Below are positions 10,601 through 18,847 of a stretch of 64,000 nucleotides of DNA, piece after piece. Location of the stretch: the NCBI GenBank assembly GCA_963746845.1, contig CAVVCZ010000004.1, positions 32,001-96,000 on the forward strand, written 5' to 3'. The notes under the pieces are model-generated. The model made no database searches and was not told where the DNA came from. It saw only the letters and a list, made by a program, of their open reading frames with translations. Numbering within the stretch: position 1 is the first letter of the stretch; every line of letters starts with the position of its first letter. The stretch is from an uncultured Chloroflexia bacterium. GTDB taxonomy: Bacteria; Chloroflexota; Limnocylindria; Limnocylindrales; CSP1-4. The position numbers and the translations under genes were made by a program.

Positions 10601-12965
10601 GAGCTTCATCAACAACCTCGTCGAGGGTGTGAAGCAGGGCTTCGAGCAGTTCTTCGACAACTTCGGGCTGCACGTCCTCCAGGGGTTCTGGGAGTGGCTG
10701 TTCTCCGGTCTCGGCTCGGTCGGCGTCCAGCTGCCGAAGGACCTGAGCGTCGGGAGCCTCATCACGTTCGCGCTCCAGGTGATGGGCATCACCTGGCCGA
10801 ACATCCGGAAGATCCTCGTCAAGCACATCGGCGAGGAGAACGTCGCCCTCATCGAGCAGGCCTGGCAACTCGTCTCGACGCTCATCGAGAAGGGCCCGAG
10901 CGGGATCCTCGACATGATCAAGGAGCGCCTCGCGCCGGAGACCCTGCTCGAGACGATCCTGAAGGCGGCGGTCGACTACCTGGTCGAGAACCTGATCAAG
11001 GCCATCGCCGTGAAGCTCATCAGCATGCTGAACCCCGCCGGTGCGATCTACCAGGCGATCCAGCTGATCTACACGGTCCTGAAGTGGATCTTCCAGAACG
11101 CGGCCAGGATCTTCAGCTTCATCGAAGCCGTCGTGAACGCCCTGGCCGACGTCATCGCCGGGAACCTGTCCGCGGTCGCCAATGGGGTGGAGAAGGCGCT
11201 CGCGATGCTGATCCCGCCCGTCATCGACTTCTTCGCCGAGTGGCTCGGCTTCGGCGACCTGCCGATCAAGATCGCCGAGGTCATCAAGTCGCTCCAGGAG
11301 GAGGTCCTGGCGGTCATCGACCAGATCGTCGGCTGGCTCGTGGAGCAGGCGAAGGCCCTGCTCAAGGCGATCGGCCTCGGCGGCGACGAGGACCAGAAGA
11401 AGGGCGCGGAGGACACGGAGCTCGGCAAGACGGTCAAGTTCACGGCCGGGGCCCAGGCACACTCGGTGTTCGTCCAGCAGAGCGGCTCTTCGGCAACCCT
11501 GATGGTCGCGAGCGCCCAGCAGGCCGTCACCGACAAGCTCGCGGGATGGCGCGCCATCGCTCCATCCAAGTGGAAGAAGGACCAGACCAGGTTGAAGGAG
11601 GTCGTCGCCCTCCTCGACACGGCCGACTCGTTGGCATCGACGGCGAACGCGGAAGCCAACCAGCTCGCGGGCGAGTTCGCGGCTGAACAGGCGGCCGCGA
11701 AACCCGAGGAGCACACGACGCCAAGCGACGACGCCCTGGAGAGCGAGGAGGTCACGCTGGCGTCGACGCTCCGGGAGCTGTTCAAGGCATTCGACGAGAA
11801 GGTCGACCTGACCTTGATCTTCGCGAAGGAGATCGACGGCTGCCATGTGGACGCCCAGGCCGATGTCCGGGAGGGGGTCAAGTCAATCGGCGAAGTCAAC
11901 CCGGAGATCGAGGATTGGAGTGCGATGAGAAGCCTGCTCATCAGCTCCAAGTCGAGGATCGGCTCGAGTCTCCAGGCCCCGATGCACTCAGCCACCGGTG
12001 GCTACTCGACCGCGGGTCAGGAATACGGAATGACGGCCATCGCCTCGGCCCTCGAGACATCTGACAAGGCGCCGGTCCGTGCGAAGAACCCCGACACTCG
12101 ACCCGCGTATCTCGTGTCACAGAAGCGGTACCTCAAGGTGGGTGCCGACAACGCCTGGGTTGCGGCGATCACTGCGCTTCAGGAGTCGATCCTTTCGAAC
12201 GCAGACCCAACGAATGCCCTCAAGGAGGCGCTCGTCGCGAAATGGGCGACGTCCGTTGAGCCCGATGAAGCGCTCGTCGAGGCTGTCTTGTCCGCCGGCG
12301 GGATCGTCAGCTTCCTCAAAGCGTTGTCGGACGCCCCGGTCGGCGAGATCACCGTCGCGATCTTCCAGGCCCTCTGGAAGACGCCGGCGAACAAGAAGTT
12401 CGTCAAGGACCGATTCCGGGGCGTGGCCCCGGGCCACCACGAGTGGATCCCGACGAATCTCATTCCAACGGTCGTCGCACGCGCCGAGAGCTCGGACGAA
12501 GCCCAGAATCTCTATCTCTGGGTCGACATGCAGAACGAGATGCGGACGGATACCGCGTGGGTGATCTTCAGTCCCGGCTACCGAACGCAGCCGCTGACGG
12601 AACCCGGCAAGGAGCCGAAGGTTGCCCTGACAGGCCACGCCGGGGCCGTCGGATATCGCTTCCGCCCGGACGACGAGACGCTGTGGCTTCAGGCTCACCA
12701 GGACGATTGGCACGAAGACCTGAGAACAACCTTCGACAAGGGCACCACCCCTTCTGACGTCGTTGCCCGCATGTTGGACTCGACGAAGACCAGCGTCTGG
12801 GCGGGTGATGCGGCAGGGAGCGTCACCTGGCGCACGTACTACGTCAAACAGTCAGAGGGTGGCGGCCCGCGGACACTCGAGGAGCTGGGATCCGCGCAGG
12901 TTGGGCGGTTCAATACCCTCGTGGACACGTTCAAGGTCTGGAAGCAGCAGTGGGTCAGGAAGTGA
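7665..12965 (+). CDS. Large eCIS-associated effector/polymorphic toxin: degenerate DUF4157, Ala/Pro/Glu linker, helical hydrophobic region, C-terminal His-rich tip
   Basis: ATGA coupling to the ATPase; DUF4157-like PL..ARALLEALLGVDLESIGIH..IGARGFTLGEEAFFGAGAY at ~8490-8715; 1766 aa; C-terminal GHHEWIP. Confidence 0.75.
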   Translation: MSGRAAPSATLEPTSAARPTRSPHPAVVPATAGPTAAASGPSASGIVVRLGVLEIPVSRPDGAATVDLEPGQRLGPLALRSVSWPVALLPPDAASRPGTVAAPEPDTRPGAGAPVGASPAVASPPAAAPAVAGPTLLAGIDAPFVSGTAAVDLGSGGEPTGRVRLDGAIGVGGVRLAELGYEASAWTSADRLPVPVVTAETNRLLVDLSGFADLANVQLGGAGLVPVAEGRWSLPLPADLAAALRTAAPATPAPAAGADPLAVAEARLRSEPSERQPLADPARALLEALLGVDLESIGIHVDPAAQDAAASIGARGFTLGEEAFFGAGAYGTDREDLAAFLARAIARAVEGIRGLVDPQAHVVDPAQARSSPPAAAPAAPEAAPAPDALPAAESAAAAGPEAAAGPEAGPAPEAGAEAAATPEGEAVAGEEAAAPDAGAPAEGEAAPAAAPIELIMPPAPTEPGPAQQARIGGVKQGAAATARKAAALPSAADTTTAARGAVTEPPAETAARAERAVADALGKRAEPSPEIVALCERIRTSIRERRPVDEDAVKKTDSRKVAEQAGSSLNTGIQSDTKRVEGSYAPLNNPPPGTPALTPVPVQAPPATVAPTPIGADGAAPDAIPPENLSLDADRQASDARVDESRINRPSAQPIQEPPFTTVREGQAALTDLAETGPARVAAQQQEAIGRSQQDMAALQLQAVEALNASRAATVGGVAKGQTKMVGSEEQQRAEISRQAQAIFGEAQTGVTAALGPLQKDAMARWDAGVERLSTEFHDHLAMVRRWIDDRHSGIGGWFVSGWDSLTGLPDDITDEYTKAEQAFGDGVCDLLLSISSDVNTVIAAAEALIESARQRIDALFTDLPDGLKEWAAQEQEKFHGQLDGLQQQTAAARSSFVEGVSEKAVAAVAEVQAEVEQLREEAKGLIGKIADAIQAFIDDPVRAIIDGLLHLVGIPPASFWALVDKIAQVISDIAEDPESFINNLVEGVKQGFEQFFDNFGLHVLQGFWEWLFSGLGSVGVQLPKDLSVGSLITFALQVMGITWPNIRKILVKHIGEENVALIEQAWQLVSTLIEKGPSGILDMIKERLAPETLLETILKAAVDYLVENLIKAIAVKLISMLNPAGAIYQAIQLIYTVLKWIFQNAARIFSFIEAVVNALADVIAGNLSAVANGVEKALAMLIPPVIDFFAEWLGFGDLPIKIAEVIKSLQEEVLAVIDQIVGWLVEQAKALLKAIGLGGDEDQKKGAEDTELGKTVKFTAGAQAHSVFVQQSGSSATLMVASAQQAVTDKLAGWRAIAPSKWKKDQTRLKEVVALLDTADSLASTANAEANQLAGEFAAEQAAAKPEEHTTPSDDALESEEVTLASTLRELFKAFDEKVDLTLIFAKEIDGCHVDAQADVREGVKSIGEVNPEIEDWSAMRSLLISSKSRIGSSLQAPMHSATGGYSTAGQEYGMTAIASALETSDKAPVRAKNPDTRPAYLVSQKRYLKVGADNAWVAAITALQESILSNADPTNALKEALVAKWATSVEPDEALVEAVLSAGGIVSFLKALSDAPVGEITVAIFQALWKTPANKKFVKDRFRGVAPGHHEWIPTNLIPTVVARAESSDEAQNLYLWVDMQNEMRTDTAWVIFSPGYRTQPLTEPGKEPKVALTGHAGAVGYRFRPDDETLWLQAHQDDWHEDLRTTFDKGTTPSDVVARMLDSTKTSVWAGDAAGSVTWRTYYVKQSEGGGPRTLEELGSAQVGRFNTLVDTFKVWKQQWVRK

Positions 12966-12973
12966 GGTCGACG

Positions 12974-13336
12974 ATGCCGAACTCGAGCTCGGGGATCGAT
13001 CTACTCGCCGCCCTCACGGATCGTTCTGCGGCCGAGATGCGCAGCGATCGTCGCGCGCTCGGGCGCGGCCTGTTCGCGCTCGGCGACATCGCCGTCTCGC
13101 TCCTGCGTGGGTACGTCAGCGAGGATCCCCCGGTGCGCCGAGCCGCCGAGGAGCGCTGGGCAGAGCTGAACGCACTGCTGCCGCCGCCCGAGCCGGCGCG
13201 CCCCGTGAGGTTCGCGCTCGACCCCGTGGAGCGGGAGCGGCTGCATTCGGCCCTGACCCGGGTCGTGGCCACCCTTCAGGACATCGAGCGGGAGACGATC
13301 GGCTCATCCGATCCCCCGCCGCGCACAAAGGCGTGA
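12974..13336 (+). CDS. Small hypothetical protein, candidate immunity/chaperone of the upstream effector
   Basis: 120 aa, starts 8 nt after the effector stop with a GAGG RBS; last gene of the + strand operon. Confidence 0.55.
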   Translation: MPNSSSGIDLLAALTDRSAAEMRSDRRALGRGLFALGDIAVSLLRGYVSEDPPVRRAAEERWAELNALLPPPEPARPVRFALDPVERERLHSALTRVVATLQDIERETIGSSDPPPRTKA

Positions 13337-13362
13337 GGCGAGCAAGCGCCGTGGGCTCCTCG

Positions 13363-13508
13363 TGCATTGGGCGCGTCAAACGACGGCCCGAGAGGCGCTC
13401 GACCGTCGATCCGTGCGCCGGACGCACGATCCGACGATCCGGAGGCCGGATTCGGCCGCTTCGGGTGGCGGTTGGGCCGTCCGGGCGTCGTTTCATGCGC
13501 CGGACGCA
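13363..13508. repeat. REP/MITE-like element, copy 1 (imperfect terminal inverted repeats)
   Basis: Shares CGCGTCAAACGAC and GGCGTCGTTTCATGCGCyGGACGCAA (25/26) with 18848-18994; between convergent genes. Confidence 0.75.
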
Positions 13509-13591
13509 ATGCGGGCGGCCGGGGCGGCCGTTGGGCCAGGGATGTCGCGCCGGCCCCGGCCGGCCGAGCGCCGCGCCTCCGTCGGACGCGA

Positions 13592-14692
13592 TCAGGGCGT
13601 CAGGCGATAGAGGCGGAGGGCGTCGAGGGCGGGCTCGTCGAGCCGCTCGAAGCCGCCGAACCCGGCGCGGCCGGCGAGCTCGCGCATCGTGTCGGCCCGG
13701 ATCGCCGTCCCGATCCCCGCGCTGTCCGGCTCGGCCATCGCGGCGGGCAGGCAGGTCAGGATGCTGAACCCGTAGAACATGCGCTCGAGCTCCCCGGCGG
13801 GAGCCGTGAAGACGTCCTCGGTCTTCTCGTCGGCGATCAATGCCACGCCACCGGGCGCGAGCATCCCCCGGATCGTGGCGAGAGCCTCGACCGGGTGGCT
13901 GAGGTCGTGGATCGCCTCGATGACGACGACAAGGTCGTAGTGGCCGGCGGCGGCCGGGTCCGCCGCGTTGCGGACGGCGAAGGACACGCGATCGGCGAGG
14001 CCGGCCTCGCGGGCGTTGGCGTTGGCCCGCTCGATCGAGGACGGGTCGAGGTCGAAGCCGTCGACGCGGACGTTCGGATAGGCCGCGGCGATCGCGATCC
14101 CCGCCCAGCCCACGCCGCTGGCGACGTCGGCGACGCGTGCCGGCGGATCGGCCGACAGGCGCTCGTGGATGGCGGGGATGGCCGGGAGGATCTCCGTCCC
14201 GAGCGAGCCACGCAGCCACGGGCGGTTGAAGTCGCCCTGCAATTCGATCATGTCCGCGCCGTACGATGCCCACGGGACGCCGCCGCCGGTCCGGAACGCC
14301 TCGAGGACGTCGGGCAGGGCCATCGCGCAGGCGGTGACCGCCCGACCGAGCGGCGCGATCGACCACGGGCTGTCCGGATCGAGGAGGGGAGCGGCGTACG
14401 CATCGGGGAGGCGGAACCGGCGATCCGTCGGCGCCGCCGCGGTGTCGTCGACCTCGAGGATCCCGGTCGCGGCCTGCTGCTCGAGCCACTCGCGCGCGTA
14501 GCGCTCCGCGATCCCGGCCCGCGTCGCGAGCTCGCCGCTCGTTGCGGGGCCGCCGTCCCGGAGCGCTCGGTACAGCCCGAGCCGGTCGCCGAGATACACG
14601 GACAGCACGTCGAACATTCCGATCCCGGCCCCGAACAGCCGCTCGACGAGCTCGTCGGCAGTCTTCTCGGGACGTGCAACATCGACGGTCAT
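13592..14692 (-). CDS. Class I SAM-dependent methyltransferase with N-terminal wHTH (Rv2258c-like)
   Basis: LGDRLGLY..ERYAREWLEQQA N-terminus; RVADVASGVGW SAM motif; GFDLD; EAIHD. Confidence 0.9.
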   Translation of the reverse strand: MTVDVARPEKTADELVERLFGAGIGMFDVLSVYLGDRLGLYRALRDGGPATSGELATRAGIAERYAREWLEQQAATGILEVDDTAAAPTDRRFRLPDAYAAPLLDPDSPWSIAPLGRAVTACAMALPDVLEAFRTGGGVPWASYGADMIELQGDFNRPWLRGSLGTEILPAIPAIHERLSADPPARVADVASGVGWAGIAIAAAYPNVRVDGFDLDPSSIERANANAREAGLADRVSFAVRNAADPAAAGHYDLVVVIEAIHDLSHPVEALATIRGMLAPGGVALIADEKTEDVFTAPAGELERMFYGFSILTCLPAAMAEPDSAGIGTAIRADTMRELAGRAGFGGFERLDEPALDALRLYRLTP

Positions 14693-14844
14693 GTGGTTCC
14701 CCTCTCGTTCGGTCCTGGCGCCCGAGGATAGACCGAACGACGGTGCCGGCACGGGTCGGGCCGGACAGCGTGACGATGTGGAGACGTCCGGTTGGCAGGA
14801 TCACCGCACGCCACCTCGCTGGACCACCTCAGGAGGGAATCGAT

Positions 14845-15582
14845 GTGACTGCCGAGTCAGACCTCAGCACGCACGTGAAGGCGCTGTTCGGTGACCTGTT
14901 CCACGTGACCCAGCCGTACACATCGACCCACGACGGGGTCGACATCGGGGCGATGTCGGGGACGCCGCTCCGCTCGATCGCTGCGGGCACCGTCTCGTAC
15001 GCCATGGTCGAGGAGGAGGACCCGGAGGACCCGCGGAAGCACTGGGCACTGGGCGGTGGCCGGACCGTCAACGTCGACATCGGCGGCAACCGGACGCTCC
15101 AGTACGCCCACCTCAAGAGCTTCGTCGTCAAGAAGGGCGACAAGGTCGCGAAGGGCACGCTCCTGGGCAGGGTTGGCGCCAGCGGCAATGCCCATGGATC
15201 CCACGTGCACTTCGGGCTGTGGGACCACGATCTCGACGAGATGGTCAAGCCGTACACGTACCTCGCGACGCTGGCCGGAAAGGCGAAGGCCGGACCGAAG
15301 TTCGCCGGGTTCAAGGTCGTCCCCGTCGAGACGTTCGCTCCCGATCGGCACTTCGTCGTTCCCTCCGGCGGCGTGATCCGCGGATACGATCCGGGGCGTC
15401 CGAACCAGGTCGTCCGTCAGCGCACGTTCGAGAAGGGATCCGGCGCATCGGCCAGCGCGCTCGTGAAGATCACCTGGCCGGGCCTCCAGCCGTCGCCGGT
15501 CCCACATGGCATCTTCCTGAAGGTCTCGACGGGCGTGTTCAAGGACCTGTTCATCCCCGCGAAGTCCGTGACGCTCAAGTAG
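14845..15582 (+). CDS. M23 family metallopeptidase
   Basis: HDGVD (HxxxD), YAHL and HVHF (HxH) motifs; RBS AGGAGG; no obvious signal peptide. Confidence 0.85.
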   Translation: MTAESDLSTHVKALFGDLFHVTQPYTSTHDGVDIGAMSGTPLRSIAAGTVSYAMVEEEDPEDPRKHWALGGGRTVNVDIGGNRTLQYAHLKSFVVKKGDKVAKGTLLGRVGASGNAHGSHVHFGLWDHDLDEMVKPYTYLATLAGKAKAGPKFAGFKVVPVETFAPDRHFVVPSGGVIRGYDPGRPNQVVRQRTFEKGSGASASALVKITWPGLQPSPVPHGIFLKVSTGVFKDLFIPAKSVTLK

Positions 15583-15631
15583 GTCGCGGGCCGCCGCTCG
15601 GCGGCCATCGCCAGTCGCTATCGTCGGGCGC

Positions 15632-16375
15632 GTGTCCCGCTGGTCATCGCTCGATCGACCGCCCGTCGCCCTCGCCCTGTCGGCGGCGGTCTTCGCGATC
15701 CCGTTGGTCTTCGTCCTGCTCGTCCCGCACCCGCTCGAGCAGCCGTTCGGGGTCGACTTCCAGCTCTACCGTGACGCCACGGCCCGCTGGTTCGCGGGCG
15801 GCCCGTTCTACGAGCCGTACCAGCTCACCGGGCCCTACCCGATCAGCGCCGGCGACATCCTCTATCCGCCGGTCGCGCTGTGGCTGTTCCTGCCGTTCTC
15901 GATCATCACGGCGGCGCCGATCTCGTCCGTCCTCGCCGTTGCCTGGTGGGCGATCCCGCTCGGGATCGTGGCGGGCTCCGTCGTCCGGTTGCGGCCGCGC
16001 CCGCTCGTCTGGCCGCTGATCGCCCTGTGCCTCGCCAACCCGACGACGCTCCTGAAGATCTGGACCGGCAACCCGGTGATCTGGTCGATGGCGGCGATGG
16101 CGCTGGCGGTCGTCGGTGCCTCGCGGTTCGCCGCGCCGTTCGTCCTCGTGAAGCCGAGCCTTGCGCCGTTCGCGCTGTTCGGGATCCGTCGGCGCTCGTG
16201 GTGGCTCGGGGCCGCGCTGTTCCTGCTCCTGTGCCTGCCGTTCGGGGCGTTGTGGGCGGACTGGGTGACGTCCGTCGTCAACTCCCAGGGCGGAGGGCTG
16301 CTCTACTCGTCCCTCGAGGCGCCGATGCTCCTGTTGCCGCTGGCGGCCTGGCTGGGTCGGACGCGGGGTGGGTAG
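15632..16375 (+). CDS. Glycosyltransferase family 87-like membrane protein
   Basis: DFQLYR..GGPFY..YPPVALWLFLPF motif; multiple TM segments. Confidence 0.7.
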   Translation: MSRWSSLDRPPVALALSAAVFAIPLVFVLLVPHPLEQPFGVDFQLYRDATARWFAGGPFYEPYQLTGPYPISAGDILYPPVALWLFLPFSIITAAPISSVLAVAWWAIPLGIVAGSVVRLRPRPLVWPLIALCLANPTTLLKIWTGNPVIWSMAAMALAVVGASRFAAPFVLVKPSLAPFALFGIRRRSWWLGAALFLLLCLPFGALWADWVTSVVNSQGGGLLYSSLEAPMLLLPLAAWLGRTRGG

Positions 16376-16439
16376 CGGGCGTCCCGTGCCCGCCCTCGCC
16401 CTGGCCCGCCCTGGCCCGCCGTTGCCGGCCCTCCGGTTT

Positions 16440-16563
16440 GTCCGAGATCGAACGCCGCGGAAAGGCACTCCCGTTTCTCGGGCGTTTCCTCCGATTCCGG
16501 AATCCGGATTCGGAGGAAGGGTTGGGGAAGGACAGTGGGTTCCGGCGGCGTTCGAGATCGGAC
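16440..16563. repeat. Long imperfect palindrome between convergent genes
   Basis: Outer arms GTCCGAGATCGAACGCCGCGGAA / TTCCGGCGGCGTTCGAGATCGGAC; inner TTCCTCCGATTCCGG-AAT-CCGGATTCGGAGGAA. Confidence 0.7.
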
Positions 16564-16645
16564 CATTCGACCGTCCGCCGGGCCGGGCTGGCCCGCGCGA
16601 TGACCCCGCCGCGCGCGAGGCGCCGCCGCGCGTGAGGCCCCGCCC

Positions 16646-16957
16646 TCAGCGATCGACCAGGTCGTCGTACTCAGGGTGGCGCCGCAGCCACGACGCGATG
16701 AACGGGCACTCGACGACCATCCGGAGGCCGCGCCGACGGACATCGTCGAGGGCCGTCCGGGCCAGCGCGCCGCCGACGCCCTGCCCCTCGGCGTCCGGCA
16801 GCACCTCCGTGTGGACGAACACGATCGGGCCGCGGTCATCCGCCAGCTCGTACTCGGCGATCCCCACGATCCGGTCGCCGAGCCGCGCCTCGTAGCGCGA
16901 CTCCTCCGGGTTGTCCTCGACGACGGGCTTGTCGGTGGCGACGGTCGGCTCGGTCAT
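16646..16957 (-). CDS. Small GNAT N-acetyltransferase (YjdJ-like)
   Basis: HTEV..GQGVGGAL..VECPFIASWLRRHPEY. Confidence 0.9.
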   Translation of the reverse strand: MTEPTVATDKPVVEDNPEESRYEARLGDRIVGIAEYELADDRGPIVFVHTEVLPDAEGQGVGGALARTALDDVRRRGLRMVVECPFIASWLRRHPEYDDLVDR

Positions 16958-17111
16958 CCGGGCATCCTAACGGGTGTCGGCCAGCATGCGGCAAGGGGCC
17001 GGTGCGGCGGGACACAGGCCGGGCCGCCACCTTGTCCCTCGGTCAGGAATCGGTTACGGTAGCCGTCCGGTTACGGAAGAGGGGACGGCACGTCCGGCGA
17101 GGAGGCACACG

Positions 17112-17519
17112 ATGGCGAGCGGCAGCGGCACGAAGGACGATCCCTGGGTCCTGAAGACGCCCCCCGGAACGTCCGAATACACGATGTACCGGGACGACGC
17201 CTCCGACCCGCCGACGATCGTCTGCCAGGTCGGCGGGACGAAGCTCCTGTACGACGCCCGGGCGATCGATGAGCTCCACGCCTGGCTGAAGGCACAGGGC
17301 GACTGGGTCCTCCTCGGCGGGGCCGACGAGCAGAAGCCGGCGCCGGAGGGCACGGTCGAGGCCTGGGGCCGGTCCGAATCGAACCCGCGCGGCGGCTGGT
17401 ACGGGCTGAAGAAGGGCCTGCGCGGCCGGTTCGGGGTGTACATGCCGCCCCTGCTCGAGGCGCTCGGGCTGGCCGAGCTGACCCACGACGCGAAGAACAA
17501 CAAGATGCGGGCACGGTGA
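17112..17519 (+). CDS. Conserved hypothetical protein (DUF6855-like)
   Basis: GTKDDPWVLKTPPGTS..WYGLKKGLRGRFG..NNKMRA; RBS AGGAGG; first gene of the ArsR/SRPBCC operon. Confidence 0.7.
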   Translation: MASGSGTKDDPWVLKTPPGTSEYTMYRDDASDPPTIVCQVGGTKLLYDARAIDELHAWLKAQGDWVLLGGADEQKPAPEGTVEAWGRSESNPRGGWYGLKKGLRGRFGVYMPPLLEALGLAELTHDAKNNKMRAR

Positions 17520-17890
17520 CGCGAAGGCCCGAGAACGCCGCCGCCGCGACCCTCGCCGGAGACCCGTTCGAGGCGCTCGGCGACCCGAACCGCCGGGCGA
17601 TCGTCGAGCTGCTGGCCGCGGGCGGCGGCCCGGGCCGATCGGTCGGCGAGCTCGCCGACGCGCTGCCGATCAGCCGGCCGGCCGTCTCCCGGCATCTCCG
17701 GCTCCTGAAGGAGGCCGGCCTCGTCGTCGAGGAGCCGCGTGGGACGCGCCGGATCTACCGGCTCCACGATGCGGGCCCGGAGGCGGTGCGCGCCTACCTC
17801 GAGCGGGTCTGGGGCGAGGCCGCGGCACGCTTCCGGCTCGTCGCCGACAACGAGCCCGCGTCGCGCCGCGCGCGCCGCACCGCCTCGTGA
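17516..17890 (+). CDS. ArsR/SmtB family transcriptional regulator
   Basis: FEALGDPNRRAIVELL..ISRPAVSRHLRLLKEAGLV..GTRRIY. Confidence 0.92.
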   Translation: MTRRPENAAAATLAGDPFEALGDPNRRAIVELLAAGGGPGRSVGELADALPISRPAVSRHLRLLKEAGLVVEEPRGTRRIYRLHDAGPEAVRAYLERVWGEAAARFRLVADNEPASRRARRTAS

Positions 17891-18339
17891 TCGAGCCGAT
17901 CCGCCTGTCGTTCGAGGTCGGCTGTCCGCCCGACCGGGCGTTCGCCGTCTGGACGGCGGAGATCGACCGGTGGTGGCCGGCCGACCACACCGTGACCGGC
18001 AGCGACGACCTGACCGTCGTCCTCGAGCCGCGGCCGGGCGGCCGGATCTACGAGCGCACGCCCGGCGGCATCGAGCACGACTGGGGCGAGGTCACGGTCT
18101 GGGAGCCGCCGGGCCGGCTCGGCTACCTGTGGCACCTGCGTCGCGACCGCGCCGACGCGACGGAGGTCGACATCCGGTTCGAGGACGCCGGCGACGGCCG
18201 GACCCGGGTCGCGATCGAGCACCGCGGCTGGGAGGCCCTCGGCGCCGAGGGCGAGTCGTGGCGCGATCGGAACCGCGGCGGCTGGGCGACGCTTCTGCCG
18301 TGGTACGTCGAGCTCGCCGGTGCCCCCGCGCATCGCTGA
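17887..18339 (+). CDS. SRPBCC/AHSA1 domain protein
   Basis: AFAVWT..WWP..EPRPGGRIYE..VWEPPGRL..EHRGW; coupled to ArsR. Confidence 0.9.
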   Translation: MIEPIRLSFEVGCPPDRAFAVWTAEIDRWWPADHTVTGSDDLTVVLEPRPGGRIYERTPGGIEHDWGEVTVWEPPGRLGYLWHLRRDRADATEVDIRFEDAGDGRTRVAIEHRGWEALGAEGESWRDRNRGGWATLLPWYVELAGAPAHR

Positions 18340-18416
18340 TCGACGGCCGACCGACCGCGGTGTGGCATGCTGCGCGTGCCAGTCAACCGACCTGGACCCG
18401 GAGGAATGCTCAGCCA

Positions 18417-18812
18417 GTGCCCGCCCGCAAGCGCAAGACGACCTACCCGCCGCCCCGCAACGCGACACGCCCGCCCCGACCGGGCGAGCCAGGAGGGCCG
18501 GGTGGTCCGGCGGCGGACACGCCCTATCAACGTCCGACGGTCGCCTCGATCAACCTCGCGGCCAGCACCGGACGGGCGGGTCTCAAGGTCGGTGACCGGG
18601 TCCGGATCACCGGCAGCGGGCTGTACTCGGGCGAGATCGCCACGATCGACAAGCTGACGTCGGGCGCGATCCCGTCGGCCCTCGTCCGGACCGAGGCGGG
18701 TCGGACGCGCCAGGTCCGCACGATCGACCTCGAGCCGGTCGCGCCGGGGACGACCGCCGCGGCCGCGGGTCCGGCCGCCGAATCGGCCGAGCCGGTCGCC
18801 GACGAGGGCTGA
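18417..18812 (+). CDS. Small KOW-motif protein with basic Pro-rich N-terminus
   Basis: LKVGDRVRITGSGLYSGEIATI KOW-like motif; RBS GGAGG upstream of GTG. Confidence 0.6.
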   Translation: MPARKRKTTYPPPRNATRPPRPGEPGGPGGPAADTPYQRPTVASINLAASTGRAGLKVGDRVRITGSGLYSGEIATIDKLTSGAIPSALVRTEAGRTRQVRTIDLEPVAPGTTAAAAGPAAESAEPVADEG

Positions 18813-18847
18813 GCCGCCGCCGCCCGGCCCCAAACCAGGCAGGCTCA

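Noticed and set aside
2642-11846. Very long antisense ORFs (1266, 1335 and 1000 aa) and similar shadow ORFs across the window
   Set aside because: Arg/Gly/Pro-rich products with no motifs, expected from stop-codon scarcity opposite high-GC genes
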